Shown one piece after another: positions 27,109 to 36,681 of a DNA stretch of 64,000 nucleotides. The stretch lies in the NCBI GenBank assembly GCA_011390135.1, contig JAABSZ010000004.1, forward strand, positions 130-64,129. Direction: 5' to 3'. The position numbers and the translations under genes were made by a program. The notes below the pieces were generated by a model that worked only from the letters and a program-made list of their open reading frames with translations, was not told where the DNA came from and did not search any database. This DNA comes from Desulfobacteraceae bacterium (GTDB lineage: Bacteria > Desulfobacterota > Desulfobacteria > Desulfobacterales > JAABSP01). Each line of letters starts with the position of its first letter. Positions within the stretch are counted from its first letter, which is position 1.

Positions 27109-27294
27109 ATGAATATCCAAAACTGAACCGCCTTCAGAGACTGAAGAAGGCACTATTTGCAGATCCTTAGCAGATTCATCGGCCCGAAAGGCCGGTCACA
27201 GTCACGAAGGGAGGTGCAAAAGCGGTTAAGCATAACAGTCAAAGTGAACAGTGTTGTAAACGGTAAACAACAATTTAGCGAGGAGGTATTGTAG

Positions 27295-27732
27295 ATGCCA
27301 AGTTTTGTAATCAATGAGAAGTGCGACGGGTGCAAGGGCGGCGACAAGACCGCATGTATGTACATCTGCCCCAACGACCTGATGGTGCTGGACCCGAACT
27401 CGATGAAGGCCTACAACCAGGAGCCGGATCAGTGCTGGGAGTGCTTCTCCTGCGTCAAGATCTGCCCGACCCAGGCCATCGAAGTCCGCGGCTATGCCGA
27501 CTTCGTGCCGCTGGGAAGCTCCATCATGCCCATGATGGGTACCGAAGATGTGATGTGGACCTGTAAGTTCAGAAACGGAACCATCAAGCGCTTCAAGTTC
27601 CCCATCCGAACCACCGCAGAAGGTGCCGCAAACGCCTATTCCGAGCTTAAGGGCAAGGATCTGGACAGCGAGTTTCTGGCCACCGAGGAGTCCGAAGGCT
27701 ACAAGATGCCCAAACCCCAGGCCACAGTCTAA
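27295..27732 (+). CDS. aprB: adenylylsulfate (APS) reductase beta subunit
   Basis: 145 aa, MPSFVINEKCDGCKG..KTACMYICPNDLM...CWECFSCVKICP, with two 4Fe-4S motifs. AGGAGG RBS. Confidence 0.95.
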   Translation: MPSFVINEKCDGCKGGDKTACMYICPNDLMVLDPNSMKAYNQEPDQCWECFSCVKICPTQAIEVRGYADFVPLGSSIMPMMGTEDVMWTCKFRNGTIKRFKFPIRTTAEGAANAYSELKGKDLDSEFLATEESEGYKMPKPQATV

Positions 27733-27854
27733 GTGTTTTTTAATCCTTAACTTTTTAGGGATTACGGCAGGACAGTGATCTGTTACAAGTGATTAATCTC
27801 GCCGGATTAGAATGGCCAATTCGATCTGGCGTCATCTCCTAAGGAGGTTGTTAA

Positions 27855-29831
27855 ATGGCAATTCCGAACAAACCGAAGGGCGAACTCAAGGCGGTACGGG
27901 ATCCTGAAGTCGAGGAGCGCGAAGTTGATATTCTTATCGTAGGCGGCGGTATGGCGGCCTGCGGCTCGGCCTTCGAGGTCAAAAAATGGATGAGCGACGA
28001 CCAGACCTGTCTTCTCGTGGACAAGGCCGCGATGGAGCGTTCCGGTGCTGTGGCACAGGGCCTTTCCGCAATCAATACATACATCGGCGACAACAGCCCT
28101 GACGACTACGTCCGGATGGTCAGAAACGACTTGATGGGCATCGTCCGTGAGGACCTGATCTTCGACCTCGGCTGCCATGTGGACGATTCTGTCCATCTGT
28201 TCGAGGAGTGGGGACTGCCGGTATGGAAGAAGACCGACGATGGGAAGAACCTGGACGGAAAGAAGGGCCTGAAACAGGGAACCCTGAAAGGCGGCGCCAC
28301 CCCGGTCCGCACCGGAAAATGGCAGATCATGATCAACGGCGAGTCCTACAAGCGGATCGTGGCCGAGGCCGCGAAGAAGGCGATCGGAGAGGACAACATC
28401 CTCGAGCGGGTCTTCATCGTCGAGCTGCTGCTGGACGCCAAACAGGAGAACCGGATCGCGGGCGCGGTCGGCTTTTCCGTGCGTGAGAACAAAGTCTATA
28501 TCATCAAGTGTAAGGCCATGATGGTTGCCTGCGGCGGCGCGGTCAACATCTATCAGCCCCGTTCGGTCGGCGAGGGCAAGGGTCGTGCATGGTATCCGGT
28601 ATGGAACTCCGGCTCCACCTATTATCTGTGCATGAAGGTCGGTGCGGAACTCTCCATGATGGAAAACCGTTTCACCCCGGCCCGTTTCAAAGATGGTTAC
28701 GGCCCGGTCGGCGCATGGTTCCTCCTGTTCAAAGCCAAGGCTCTCAACGGACTGGGCGAGGCATTTGCCGGCTCCGATGCGGCCAAGAAGGAGCTGGAGA
28801 ACTACGCACCTTACGGAACCGCCGCGATCACCCCGACCTGTCTGCGGAACCACCTGATGCTGTTCGAGATGAAAGAGGGCCGCGGCCCGATCATCATGGA
28901 CACCGTGACCGCTCTGGCCGAGATCGGGAAGACCATGGACAAGAAGGAGCTGAAGCACCTCGAGTCCGAGGCATGGGAAGACTTCCTCGACATGACCTGC
29001 GGCCAGGCCAACCTCTGGTGCGCCACCAACACCGAGCCCGAGAAGAAGAACTCCGAGATCATGCCGACCGAGCCGTACCTGCTCGGCTCCCACTCCGGCT
29101 GCTGCGGTCTCTGGACCTCCGGCCCCGACTATGACTGGATTCCGGATTCCTACAAGATCAAGTACAACGGCAAGATCTATAACCGGATGACCACGGTCAA
29201 CGGTCTCTTCACCTCCGGTGACGGCGTCGGCTGTTCCGGCCACAAGTTCTCCTCGGGCTCTCACGCCGAGGGTCGTATGGCCGCAAAATCCATGGTCCGT
29301 CTTGCAAGAGACGACAAGGATTACAAACCGACCCTGGCCCAGAGCAAGGAAGAGCTGGTCGAGCTGGTCTACAAGTCTGTCCGGGTCTATCTGGAGAACT
29401 GTCAGTACACCACTGCCGAGGACATCAACCCGAACTACCTGAAGCCGAACGGGATGATGTACCGGATGATGAAGGCCACCCACGAGTACGGCGCAGGAAC
29501 GTCCACCTACTACATGACCACAAGCAAGAATCTCGAGATCGTCATGGATCTTCTCGAGACCATGCGCGAGGACTGTGAGAAGCTGGCTTCCGGCGATCTG
29601 CACGAGCTGATGAGAGCATGGGAGATCATCCACAGAATCTGGACAGTGGAATCCCACCTGCGGCACATCCAGTATCGGAAAGAGACCCGCTATCCGGGCT
29701 TCTACTATCAGGCAGATTATCCGAATCAGGATGACGAGAACTGGTTTGCCTTCACCAACTCGAAGTATGATCCCAAGGCCGGTAGCTGGGATGTATTCAA
29801 GAAAGAGTACGTCCAGATCATCCCGACCTGA
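27855..29831 (+). CDS. aprA: adenylylsulfate (APS) reductase alpha subunit
   Basis: 658 aa with an FAD-binding N-terminus DILIVGGGMAACGSAFE and the typical AprA length and capping region. It immediately follows aprB. Confidence 0.95.
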   Translation: MAIPNKPKGELKAVRDPEVEEREVDILIVGGGMAACGSAFEVKKWMSDDQTCLLVDKAAMERSGAVAQGLSAINTYIGDNSPDDYVRMVRNDLMGIVREDLIFDLGCHVDDSVHLFEEWGLPVWKKTDDGKNLDGKKGLKQGTLKGGATPVRTGKWQIMINGESYKRIVAEAAKKAIGEDNILERVFIVELLLDAKQENRIAGAVGFSVRENKVYIIKCKAMMVACGGAVNIYQPRSVGEGKGRAWYPVWNSGSTYYLCMKVGAELSMMENRFTPARFKDGYGPVGAWFLLFKAKALNGLGEAFAGSDAAKKELENYAPYGTAAITPTCLRNHLMLFEMKEGRGPIIMDTVTALAEIGKTMDKKELKHLESEAWEDFLDMTCGQANLWCATNTEPEKKNSEIMPTEPYLLGSHSGCCGLWTSGPDYDWIPDSYKIKYNGKIYNRMTTVNGLFTSGDGVGCSGHKFSSGSHAEGRMAAKSMVRLARDDKDYKPTLAQSKEELVELVYKSVRVYLENCQYTTAEDINPNYLKPNGMMYRMMKATHEYGAGTSTYYMTTSKNLEIVMDLLETMREDCEKLASGDLHELMRAWEIIHRIWTVESHLRHIQYRKETRYPGFYYQADYPNQDDENWFAFTNSKYDPKAGSWDVFKKEYVQIIPT

Positions 29832-29875
29832 TTTGAGCGGGCTGGTTTATAGAGTAGTGAAGTAAACCGATAAAA

Positions 29876-29917
29876 AGCCTCCAGGTGTCACTTTTTCTGA
29901 TGCCTGGAGGTTTTTAT
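29876..29917 (+). terminator. intrinsic terminator/attenuator after aprA
   Basis: CCTCCAGG (29878-29885) pairs with CCTGGAGG (29903-29910) and is followed by TTTTTATT. Confidence 0.7.
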
Positions 29918-29947
29918 TAAGTGCCTGTACATTTATTCCCAAGAGAA

Positions 29948-30030
29948 GGTGAGAGGCAAGGGGCCAGCGGCAAAAGAACCAGTTTAAAAAATCTTAAAAT
30001 GCTTTTGCCCCTCGCCTTTTGCCTCTCACC
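29948..30030 (+). other. long imperfect stem-loop (29-nt arms) in the aprA-qmoA spacer
   Basis: The arm GGTGAGAGGCAAGGGGCCAGCGGCAAAAG (29948-29976) pairs with CTTTTGCCCCTCGCCTTTTGCCTCTCACC (30002-30030). There are 12-bp and 8-bp perfect segments, and the middle is mostly paired including G-U. The loop is 25 nt and AT-rich. Confidence 0.7.
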
Positions 30031-30056
30031 ATTGAATACTATCAAGGAGGGATAGC

Positions 30057-31334
30057 ATGACAGAATCGACACAAGCCCTCGGAAACGGAACCATTCTCGT
30101 TGTCGGAGGGGGCATCGGCGGGTTGACCACGGCCCTGGAAGCAGCAGAAGTCGGGTACGAGGTTTTCATCGTTGAAAAGAATCCTTACCTGGGTGGAAGG
30201 GTAGCACAGCTCAATCAGTATTTCCCCAAGCTATGTCCTCCCACCTGCGGCCTTGAAATCAACTTCAAGCGCATCAAGAACAACCCCCGTATCCATTTTT
30301 TCACACTGGCCGAGGTGGAGAAAGTAAGCGGCTCCCCCGGCAGCTATGACGTGACGGTGAGGCTCAACCCCCGGTATGTCAACGAGAACTGCACCTGCTG
30401 CGACGAGTGCGCCAAGGCCTGCAAGATGGAGATCACCGACGAGTTCAACTTAGGGATGAGCCGGCAAAAGGGCGCGTACCTGCCCCATGAGATGTCCTTT
30501 CCGTCCAGGTATGTGATCTCACCGCAGATCATCGGAACAGAAGATGCCCAGCGGTGCAAGGATGTCTGCAAATACGATGCGGTCGATCTCGACATGGAGA
30601 CCAAAACCATGGACCTGCAGGTGGGCGCGATCGTCTGGTCCACCGGATGGGTCCCCTACGATGCGGGCCGGATCGACAACCTCGGCTTTGGCCGGTACCC
30701 GAACATCATCACCAACATGATGATGGAGCGGATGGCGGCCCCCAACGGCCCCACAGAAGGCAAAGTCCTGCGGCCCTCGGACGACAAAGCCCCGGAAAGC
30801 GTGGCATTTGTCCAGTGCGCCGGCTCCAGAGACGAGAACCACCTCCCCTACTGCTCCTATATCTGCTGCATGGCCTCGTTGAAGCAGGCCACCTATGTCC
30901 GGGAGCGGTATCCCGATGCAAAGATCTACATCTTCTACATCGACCTGCGGGCCCCGGGCCTAAAGTACGAGCAGTTCTACCAGAAGATCAAAGAGGATAA
31001 GAATGTCTTCTTCATCAAGGGGAAGGTCGCGGAAGTGAGTGAGGACCCGGATTCCAAGGGGATCACCGTGACGGCCGAAAATGCGATGACCGGAGAGAAG
31101 ATCCACCAGACCGTCGATATGGTCGTCCTGGCCACCGGCATGCAGCCGAGTGCGGCCACGGCCAAGCTCCCCGCGGATCTGACGTACAATGCAGACGGCT
31201 TTATCGTCAACGACTTCAAGAAGGGTGGAATGTTTGGCGCGGGATGTGCCAACCGGCCGGCCGACGTCATGTCTTCCAACCAGAATGCGACCGGTATGGC
31301 CTTAAAAGCGATTCAAACCCTTGTGAAGCGCTAG
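30057..31334 (+). CDS. qmoA: quinone-interacting membrane-bound oxidoreductase subunit QmoA (HdrA-like flavoprotein)
   Basis: 425 aa with ILVVGGGIGGLTTALEAAEVGYEVFIVEK. It is first in qmoABC, downstream of aprBA. Confidence 0.9.
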   Translation: MTESTQALGNGTILVVGGGIGGLTTALEAAEVGYEVFIVEKNPYLGGRVAQLNQYFPKLCPPTCGLEINFKRIKNNPRIHFFTLAEVEKVSGSPGSYDVTVRLNPRYVNENCTCCDECAKACKMEITDEFNLGMSRQKGAYLPHEMSFPSRYVISPQIIGTEDAQRCKDVCKYDAVDLDMETKTMDLQVGAIVWSTGWVPYDAGRIDNLGFGRYPNIITNMMMERMAAPNGPTEGKVLRPSDDKAPESVAFVQCAGSRDENHLPYCSYICCMASLKQATYVRERYPDAKIYIFYIDLRAPGLKYEQFYQKIKEDKNVFFIKGKVAEVSEDPDSKGITVTAENAMTGEKIHQTVDMVVLATGMQPSAATAKLPADLTYNADGFIVNDFKKGGMFGAGCANRPADVMSSNQNATGMALKAIQTLVKR

Positions 31335-31347
31335 GAGGTTTTATCTA

Positions 31348-33684
31348 ATGGACAAAAAGTACGGCGTATATATCTGCACAGGATGCGGAATCGGGGAGTC
31401 TCTCGACATTCCGAAACTCTGCGATGTCCCCGAAGAGGAAGGGCTCACCTGCAAGACCCACGGCCAGTTCTGCGGCAAAGAGGGCCTCGAGATGCTGAAG
31501 CAGGAGATCGACGGCGGGGTCAACACCCTGATGATCGCGGCCTGCTCCCCCCGGGTCAACTATGACACCTTTGATTTCCCGGGCTGCATAGTGGACCGGG
31601 TCAATATCCGGGAGCAGGTGGTCTGGTCCCACCCGAGGGACAAGTTCCCGGCACTGACCGAGGAAGAGAAAGAGGATGAGGAGAAGTTCGACCGGGTTCA
31701 GATGATGGCCGAGGACTACCTCCGGATGAGCATGGCCAAGACCGAGAGGATCATCCTGCCCGAGCCCTATAAGCTCGAAGAGGAGATGAGCAAAAAGATC
31801 CTGGTCATCGGCGGCGGCGTCACCGGCATCACGGCTGCAATGGATGCGGCAAAGGCCGGCTATGAGGTCACCCTGGTGGAAAAGGAGGAGAAGCTGGGAG
31901 GCTATGCAGCCAAAATGCGGAAGCAGATCCCGGTGGACGAGCCCTATGAGAAGCCGATCGAGCCGATAATCGGGGGGCTGATCGACGAGCTGAACGGCCT
32001 TTCCAACGTCACGGTCAAGACCGGCGCCGTGGTGGCCCGCCTCGCGGGACAGCCGGGCGAGTTCTTTGTCACCTTCAAAAAGCCGGGCGAGAAGATCGAA
32101 TTCGACGTTCCCTATCCGCTGCCAGAGGAGATGACGCTGGATGAGAGCGGCAACGAACTCGATGCCGAGACCCTGCACCAGAAGTTTATGGAGTACAACG
32201 AGGGCCGGAAGGACATCCTGACCATCGACCCGAACGCGGAGAAGTTCGGCGCGGTGGTACTCGCGGCCGGCTGGAAGCCCTACAAGCCCAAAGAGGGCGA
32301 GTTTGCGCACCTCGGCTTCGGCGAGAGCCCGGACGTGATCACCAACTACCAGTTCGAGGAGATGGCGGCGGCCGGCAAGATCACCCGCCCCTCGGACGGC
32401 AAGGCAGCCAAGTCTGTGGTCTTTGTCCAGAGCCCCGGAAAAGAGGATGATGCAGACTTCTCCTACAGCGGCTCGACCGCAAGTCTCGTGGCCTTGAAGC
32501 ATGCCACCTATCTGCGGGAGGACTACGACGACGCCAAGGCGTACATCTTCTATCAGCACATGCGCACCCCGGGACTTTCCGAGAACTTCTACAAATCGGT
32601 TCAGCAGGACACGGGGATCTTCCTCTCCAAGGGGAGGGTGAGCGCTGTCTCGAAAAACGGCGACGGCCTGACGGTCGAGGCTGAGGATACCCTTCTGGGG
32701 GAGAAGATCGGGGTCAAGGCCGATCTCGTTGTTCTGGGAACCGGCATGGTGCCGGCCACCAAGGATGATCCTGTGGTCAACATGGCCTACCGCCAGGGCC
32801 CGGGATTCAGGGACATCGACCTCTTCAATGGGTATGTGGACTCCAACTTCATCTGCTTCCCCTACGAGACCCAGCGGACCGGCATCTACGCGGCCGGCAC
32901 GATCCGCCGGAACATGACAATGGGCGAGTGCATGGAGGATGCGGCCGGCGCGGCCCTGAAGACGATCCAGTCTCTGGAATCGGTCAACCGCGGCGTTTCG
33001 GTTCATCCCCGCTCCGGCGACATGACCTTCCCGGACTTCTTCTTCCAGAGATGCACCCAGTGCAAGCGCTGCACCCAGGAGTGCCCCTTTGGCGCGCTCG
33101 ATGATGATGCCAAGGGCACACCCAAGCCGAACCCGACCCGGTGCCGGCGCTGCGGAACCTGCATGGGCGCCTGTCCCGAGCGGATCATCGGCTTTGCCGA
33201 CTACAGCATCGACAGCATCGGCTCCATGGTCAAAGCGGTAAAGGTTCCCTCGGAGGACGACTATACCGAGCCGCCTTTCCGGGTTCTCGGGATCGTCTGC
33301 GAGAACGACGCGTATCCGGCACTCGATATAGTCGGGTTGAACAAGGGCGCTTTCTCTGCGGATGTCCGTCTCATCCCGGTGCGCTGTCTCGGCTCCATGA
33401 ACGTCATCTGGATCAAGGACGCGCTCTCCCAGGGAATGGACGGTGTCTTCCTGCTGGGCTGCAAGCACGGGGATGATTATCAGTGTCACTTTGTCAAGGG
33501 AAGCGAGCTGGCCGACATCCGGGTGAAGAAGATCGGTGATGCGCTCGCGAGCCTCGCGCTGGAGCAAGAGCGGGTCGCGCAGTTCGAGGTGGCCATCGAC
33601 GACTATGACAAGCTGCCCAAGATCATCAATGATTTTGTGGAATCCATCGAGGCTCTGGGGCCGAATCCGTTCAAGGGATTCTAA
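31348..33684 (+). CDS. qmoB: QmoB (HdrA-like flavoprotein with FeS clusters and MvhD-like C-terminus)
   Basis: 778 aa, MDKKYGVYICTGCGIGESLD..., with an FAD motif ILVIGGGVTGITAA and ferredoxin motifs CTQCKRCTQECP / CRRCGTCMGACP. Confidence 0.9.
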   Translation: MDKKYGVYICTGCGIGESLDIPKLCDVPEEEGLTCKTHGQFCGKEGLEMLKQEIDGGVNTLMIAACSPRVNYDTFDFPGCIVDRVNIREQVVWSHPRDKFPALTEEEKEDEEKFDRVQMMAEDYLRMSMAKTERIILPEPYKLEEEMSKKILVIGGGVTGITAAMDAAKAGYEVTLVEKEEKLGGYAAKMRKQIPVDEPYEKPIEPIIGGLIDELNGLSNVTVKTGAVVARLAGQPGEFFVTFKKPGEKIEFDVPYPLPEEMTLDESGNELDAETLHQKFMEYNEGRKDILTIDPNAEKFGAVVLAAGWKPYKPKEGEFAHLGFGESPDVITNYQFEEMAAAGKITRPSDGKAAKSVVFVQSPGKEDDADFSYSGSTASLVALKHATYLREDYDDAKAYIFYQHMRTPGLSENFYKSVQQDTGIFLSKGRVSAVSKNGDGLTVEAEDTLLGEKIGVKADLVVLGTGMVPATKDDPVVNMAYRQGPGFRDIDLFNGYVDSNFICFPYETQRTGIYAAGTIRRNMTMGECMEDAAGAALKTIQSLESVNRGVSVHPRSGDMTFPDFFFQRCTQCKRCTQECPFGALDDDAKGTPKPNPTRCRRCGTCMGACPERIIGFADYSIDSIGSMVKAVKVPSEDDYTEPPFRVLGIVCENDAYPALDIVGLNKGAFSADVRLIPVRCLGSMNVIWIKDALSQGMDGVFLLGCKHGDDYQCHFVKGSELADIRVKKIGDALASLALEQERVAQFEVAIDDYDKLPKIINDFVESIEALGPNPFKGF

Positions 33685-33705
33685 AGCGAAAAAAGGAGGT
33701 TTTGA

Positions 33706-34845
33706 ATGGCAGACCGATATATGATCGAGCCCGATCTGAACTTCATCAAAGAGTTGAACGGGATGGGGGCCGATACGCTCAAGAAGTGTTATCAGTGCGC
33801 CACTTGCTCGGTGGCCTGTCCCATCTCGCCTGATGACCGCCCCTTTCCCCGAAAGGAGATGATCGCGGCCTCCTGGGGGCTCAAGGATAAGCTGATCAAG
33901 AGCGGCGACATCTGGCTGTGCCACAACTGCGGGGACTGCACCACCATGTGTCCCCGGGGGGCAAAGCCGGGCGATACTCTGGCCGCGCTGCGCACCTATG
34001 CCATCATGGATTACGGAAAGCCGAGAGCATTGGCAGAGGCGGTGAACGACCCGAAAAAGCTCCCGATTCTGCTGCTGATTCCCGCGGTGATCTTCGTGAT
34101 CGTGGGGCTGATTACAGGGCTTCTCGACTTCACCCCCGGGGGAAGCGAGATCGTCCATTCCCATTTCTTCTCGAGTTGGCTGGTCGATCTTATCATGGTG
34201 CCGGCCTCGATCTGGACTGTGGTGATCTTTGCCATCGGCATCAAGGGGTTCATGAAGGACATCCATGAGAATGCGGTGGCCGAGGGGAAGACGCAGAAGG
34301 AGAAGCTGGAGATCGGGCCCTTTTTGAAGTCGATCGTAAACGTGATTCCGAAGATTTTGAAGCACTCCAAGTTCTCCGAGTGCGGCGAGAATGAGGAGCG
34401 GGCAACGTCGCACATGATGGTACTCTTCGGCTTCATCGGCCTTTTCATCGTCACCAGCATCTTCTTTGTGACCATGTACGGCTTTGGGATTCATGGACCA
34501 TATTCGCAGTTGAACCCGGTCAAGTGGCTGGGGAACATCGCGGGTGTGGCGCTGGTGATCGGCAGTGCGCTGATGATCAAGAACAGGTTTGCAAAGCAGC
34601 CGGATCAGAACACCACCTATAAGGACTGGTCCTTGATCGGGCTGGCGCTTGCGCTGGGTTTGACCGGTATGCTGACCGAGATGAGTCGGCTGGCTGGGGC
34701 TGCGGGGCTTTCATACACGATCTATTTCATCCATCTGATGTTCGTGTTTGCCCTGTTCGTGTACCTGCCCTACTCGAAGCTGGCGCATCTGGTCTATCGG
34801 ACCCTGGCGATGGCGTATGCGGATTACAGCGGGAGGAAGTTCTAA
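33706..34845 (+). CDS. qmoC: QmoC (HdrC-like FeS domain fused to HdrE/NarI-like membrane cytochrome b domain)
   Basis: 379 aa with CYQCATCSVACP and CHNCGDCTTMCP, followed by about 6 TM helices. Confidence 0.9.
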   Translation: MADRYMIEPDLNFIKELNGMGADTLKKCYQCATCSVACPISPDDRPFPRKEMIAASWGLKDKLIKSGDIWLCHNCGDCTTMCPRGAKPGDTLAALRTYAIMDYGKPRALAEAVNDPKKLPILLLIPAVIFVIVGLITGLLDFTPGGSEIVHSHFFSSWLVDLIMVPASIWTVVIFAIGIKGFMKDIHENAVAEGKTQKEKLEIGPFLKSIVNVIPKILKHSKFSECGENEERATSHMMVLFGFIGLFIVTSIFFVTMYGFGIHGPYSQLNPVKWLGNIAGVALVIGSALMIKNRFAKQPDQNTTYKDWSLIGLALALGLTGMLTEMSRLAGAAGLSYTIYFIHLMFVFALFVYLPYSKLAHLVYRTLAMAYADYSGRKF

Positions 34846-34912
34846 GGGTAGTTTGAAAAGCAGCTTTAGCAGGAAAAAGATGATCTGATCTTTTTCAGAT
34901 TATTTCTTAAAA

Positions 34913-34947
34913 GGGCGTGTCGGGGTTTTCCCGGCGCGCCTTTTTTA
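34913..34947 (+). terminator. intrinsic terminator after qmoC
   Basis: GGGCGTGTCGGGG / CCCGGCGCGCC stem (with G-U pairs), followed by TTTTTTATT. Confidence 0.7.
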
Positions 34948-34949
34948 TT

Positions 34950-35350
34950 GGTTAAAAGGGGGATAGGGTGAAAGGAGAACGGTGCTGTTTTTTGCCGGAA
35001 GAATGGGCCGGTCATCGGCTGAAGGAAAAGGACGAAAAGGAGAGAGTGGTTTTGGGATCAGATGGATTTGGTCGGCTGGCGGTGTCAGGGGCGGCCTGAT
35101 CGATTCCTTTGTTGAGGTGTAACAGATGGAATCAGAGCTGATGATGATTGGGGCAGATGATAATGGGGTCAAAGGGGAAGAGTTGCCCTTTATGAACGGA
35201 TCTGACAAAAGGGCAAAGGGAAAGAATGGAGAGGGGAAGGGGAGAAGAAAGGTCAAAGCCGTCATAGTCTATACTTATAGCGGTGCGGCCATCTTGGATC
35301 TTCAAGCCACAAACGAAAAAAGGCCGGAAGCAGATGCCTCCGGCCTTTTT
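34950..35350 (+). ncRNA. candidate GGA-rich small RNA (hypothetical)
   Basis: About 0.4 kb with no credible ORF, bracketed by two intrinsic terminators and purine-rich on the plus strand. It has 16 GGA trinucleotides between 34951 and 35315, plus one in the terminator stem, and includes the AAGGACGAAAAGGAG core shared with the dispersed repeat family. Confidence 0.2.
35316..35350. terminator. bidirectional intrinsic terminator (porin gene on minus; candidate RNA on plus)
   Basis: AAAAAA-GGCCGGA(35322-35328)...TCCGGCC(35339-35345)-TTTTT. It lies 33 nt downstream of the porin stop. Confidence 0.75.
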
Positions 35351-35382
35351 GTACTCAATGGAAAACTAACTAAAGGATCAGC

Positions 35383-36681
35383 TTAGAAGCTGAGGGAGAG
35401 ACGGGTTCCCAGCTCGTAAGGATCGGCATCGTCCTTCGCTCCGCCGGTAGTTGCATCGCCTGCGAACAGATATGCTCCGACCAGGTCGATATTCATGCCC
35501 GGAACGAGCTGATAGGTAATTCTAAGATCAAGCTCGATGCCCAACTCATCTTCTTCCATGCTGGACTTAAATTTATCATCTCGGCTTTCATCATAGCTGA
35601 ATTTGATATCATTATCTTTTCTGGCATACCAGGCATCAAATGCCACGGTAAGCTTGTCCATCGGCTTGACGGTCACACCGATATTGGCCGCCATAATGTC
35701 AGAGATCTGATCGCCAGGCGCATTGGCAGATTTCTGACGGTCGAAGATCCCTAAACCCATGATTTCCGCCCAGTAGTAGGAATCCATAGAGGTCGGCACA
35801 TTGAAGGTCTCGTAGTCATCATCCGCCTTATCATCACCGGATGCCCAGAAAGCCTGACCGTGAACATCTCCGAAGGAGAGATTGACTTTGAAGCCGAGGG
35901 CTGCCAGGAAAGCGCTGGAATCGATGGTTGCATTCGGATTCGCGACAGGGGTCATCTCGCCGCCCTGATAGATACCGGTCAACCAGACAAAGACCGTGTC
36001 GAAATCCATGTCGATGTCCATACCAACGTAGTAGAGATCCAGCTCGTCAGTATCTTCGAAGAAATCCCGGGCATTGTCGGAATAGAAATAGAGAGCGTAG
36101 GGGTTGACCACGAAGTTGCCGAACTCGAATGCCGGGGCAAGTCCGAAGACATCAACATCCCGAGCATTCAATCCCATACCGCCCTCATAGGCTTTCATCC
36201 AGATGAACGGAATTGCGACCATATCTGTTCTGAAATTGAGAACTGCGGCAGCAGCATCGGTGTCCGCCAGAAAACCCCTGGCCAGATAGACACCCTGCAC
36301 ACCGACTTTGGCATTCAATGCGCCAAGATTGAAATCGGCATAGGAGTTTTTGATCAAAAAATCATTGCCATCCGCTCCGATGTCCCCATATTGTTTAGCG
36401 TAAGGTACATCTGGATCTTCTTCAAGTCCCCATGTGGCATTCATCTCGAACTTGTTGACGAACTTCAGGTTCTCATGGAAAACTGCGGTCAGATAGAGTC
36501 GGGTACGAGTATCCACGCCGGTCCAGTCCTTGGATTCGGTCACATCCTCGCCGGTAAAATTCTGGTTCGTATAAGCCCTCGTCCGCCAATACCCCCCAAA
36601 CTCAAACTCCATCGCGGCCACGGGAAGCACGAATGCCACCACGAGCAACGCCGCAAGTGCCAACACTGCAAATTTCTTCAT
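35383..36681 (-). CDS. outer-membrane beta-barrel porin (family not recognised)
   Basis: Signal peptide MKKFAVLALAALLVVAFVLPVAA, alternating beta-strand pattern, aromatic girdles and a terminal ...RLSLSF. The start is set at ATG 36681, behind AGGAGG; the track start at 36699 contains that RBS. Confidence 0.7.
   Translation of the reverse strand: MKKFAVLALAALLVVAFVLPVAAMEFEFGGYWRTRAYTNQNFTGEDVTESKDWTGVDTRTRLYLTAVFHENLKFVNKFEMNATWGLEEDPDVPYAKQYGDIGADGNDFLIKNSYADFNLGALNAKVGVQGVYLARGFLADTDAAAAVLNFRTDMVAIPFIWMKAYEGGMGLNARDVDVFGLAPAFEFGNFVVNPYALYFYSDNARDFFEDTDELDLYYVGMDIDMDFDTVFVWLTGIYQGGEMTPVANPNATIDSSAFLAALGFKVNLSFGDVHGQAFWASGDDKADDDYETFNVPTSMDSYYWAEIMGLGIFDRQKSANAPGDQISDIMAANIGVTVKPMDKLTVAFDAWYARKDNDIKFSYDESRDDKFKSSMEEDELGIELDLRITYQLVPGMNIDLVGAYLFAGDATTGGAKDDADPYELGTRLSLSF

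Noticed and set aside
26890-27374. Small ORFs (63 aa plus, 73 aa minus) in the aprB upstream region
   Set aside because: They lie in an AT-rich promoter/leader region, have no RBS, and one overlaps the aprB start in antisense. Their composition is atypical of the genome's coding regions.
27807-29666. 619-aa minus-strand ORF opposite aprA
   Set aside because: It is an antisense shadow of AprA. The AprA frame carries the FAD-binding motif and has full-length family character, whereas the minus-strand product is featureless.
31345-34494. 1049-aa minus-strand ORF spanning all of qmoB and part of qmoC
   Set aside because: It is an antisense shadow of two unmistakable plus-strand genes with FAD and FeS motifs. 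Its product is low-complexity (rich in L/G/R/D/H/A), has no recognisable motif and has no RBS. This is typical of GC-rich, codon-biased genes that lack stops in the opposite frame.
34945-35386. Two ORFs (106 aa minus, 86 aa plus) in the qmoC-porin spacer
   Set aside because: Their composition is low-complexity (P/S/L-rich or G/K/E-rich), they have no RBS, and they run through intrinsic terminators and into the porin 3' end. The region is better explained as non-coding or as a candidate RNA.
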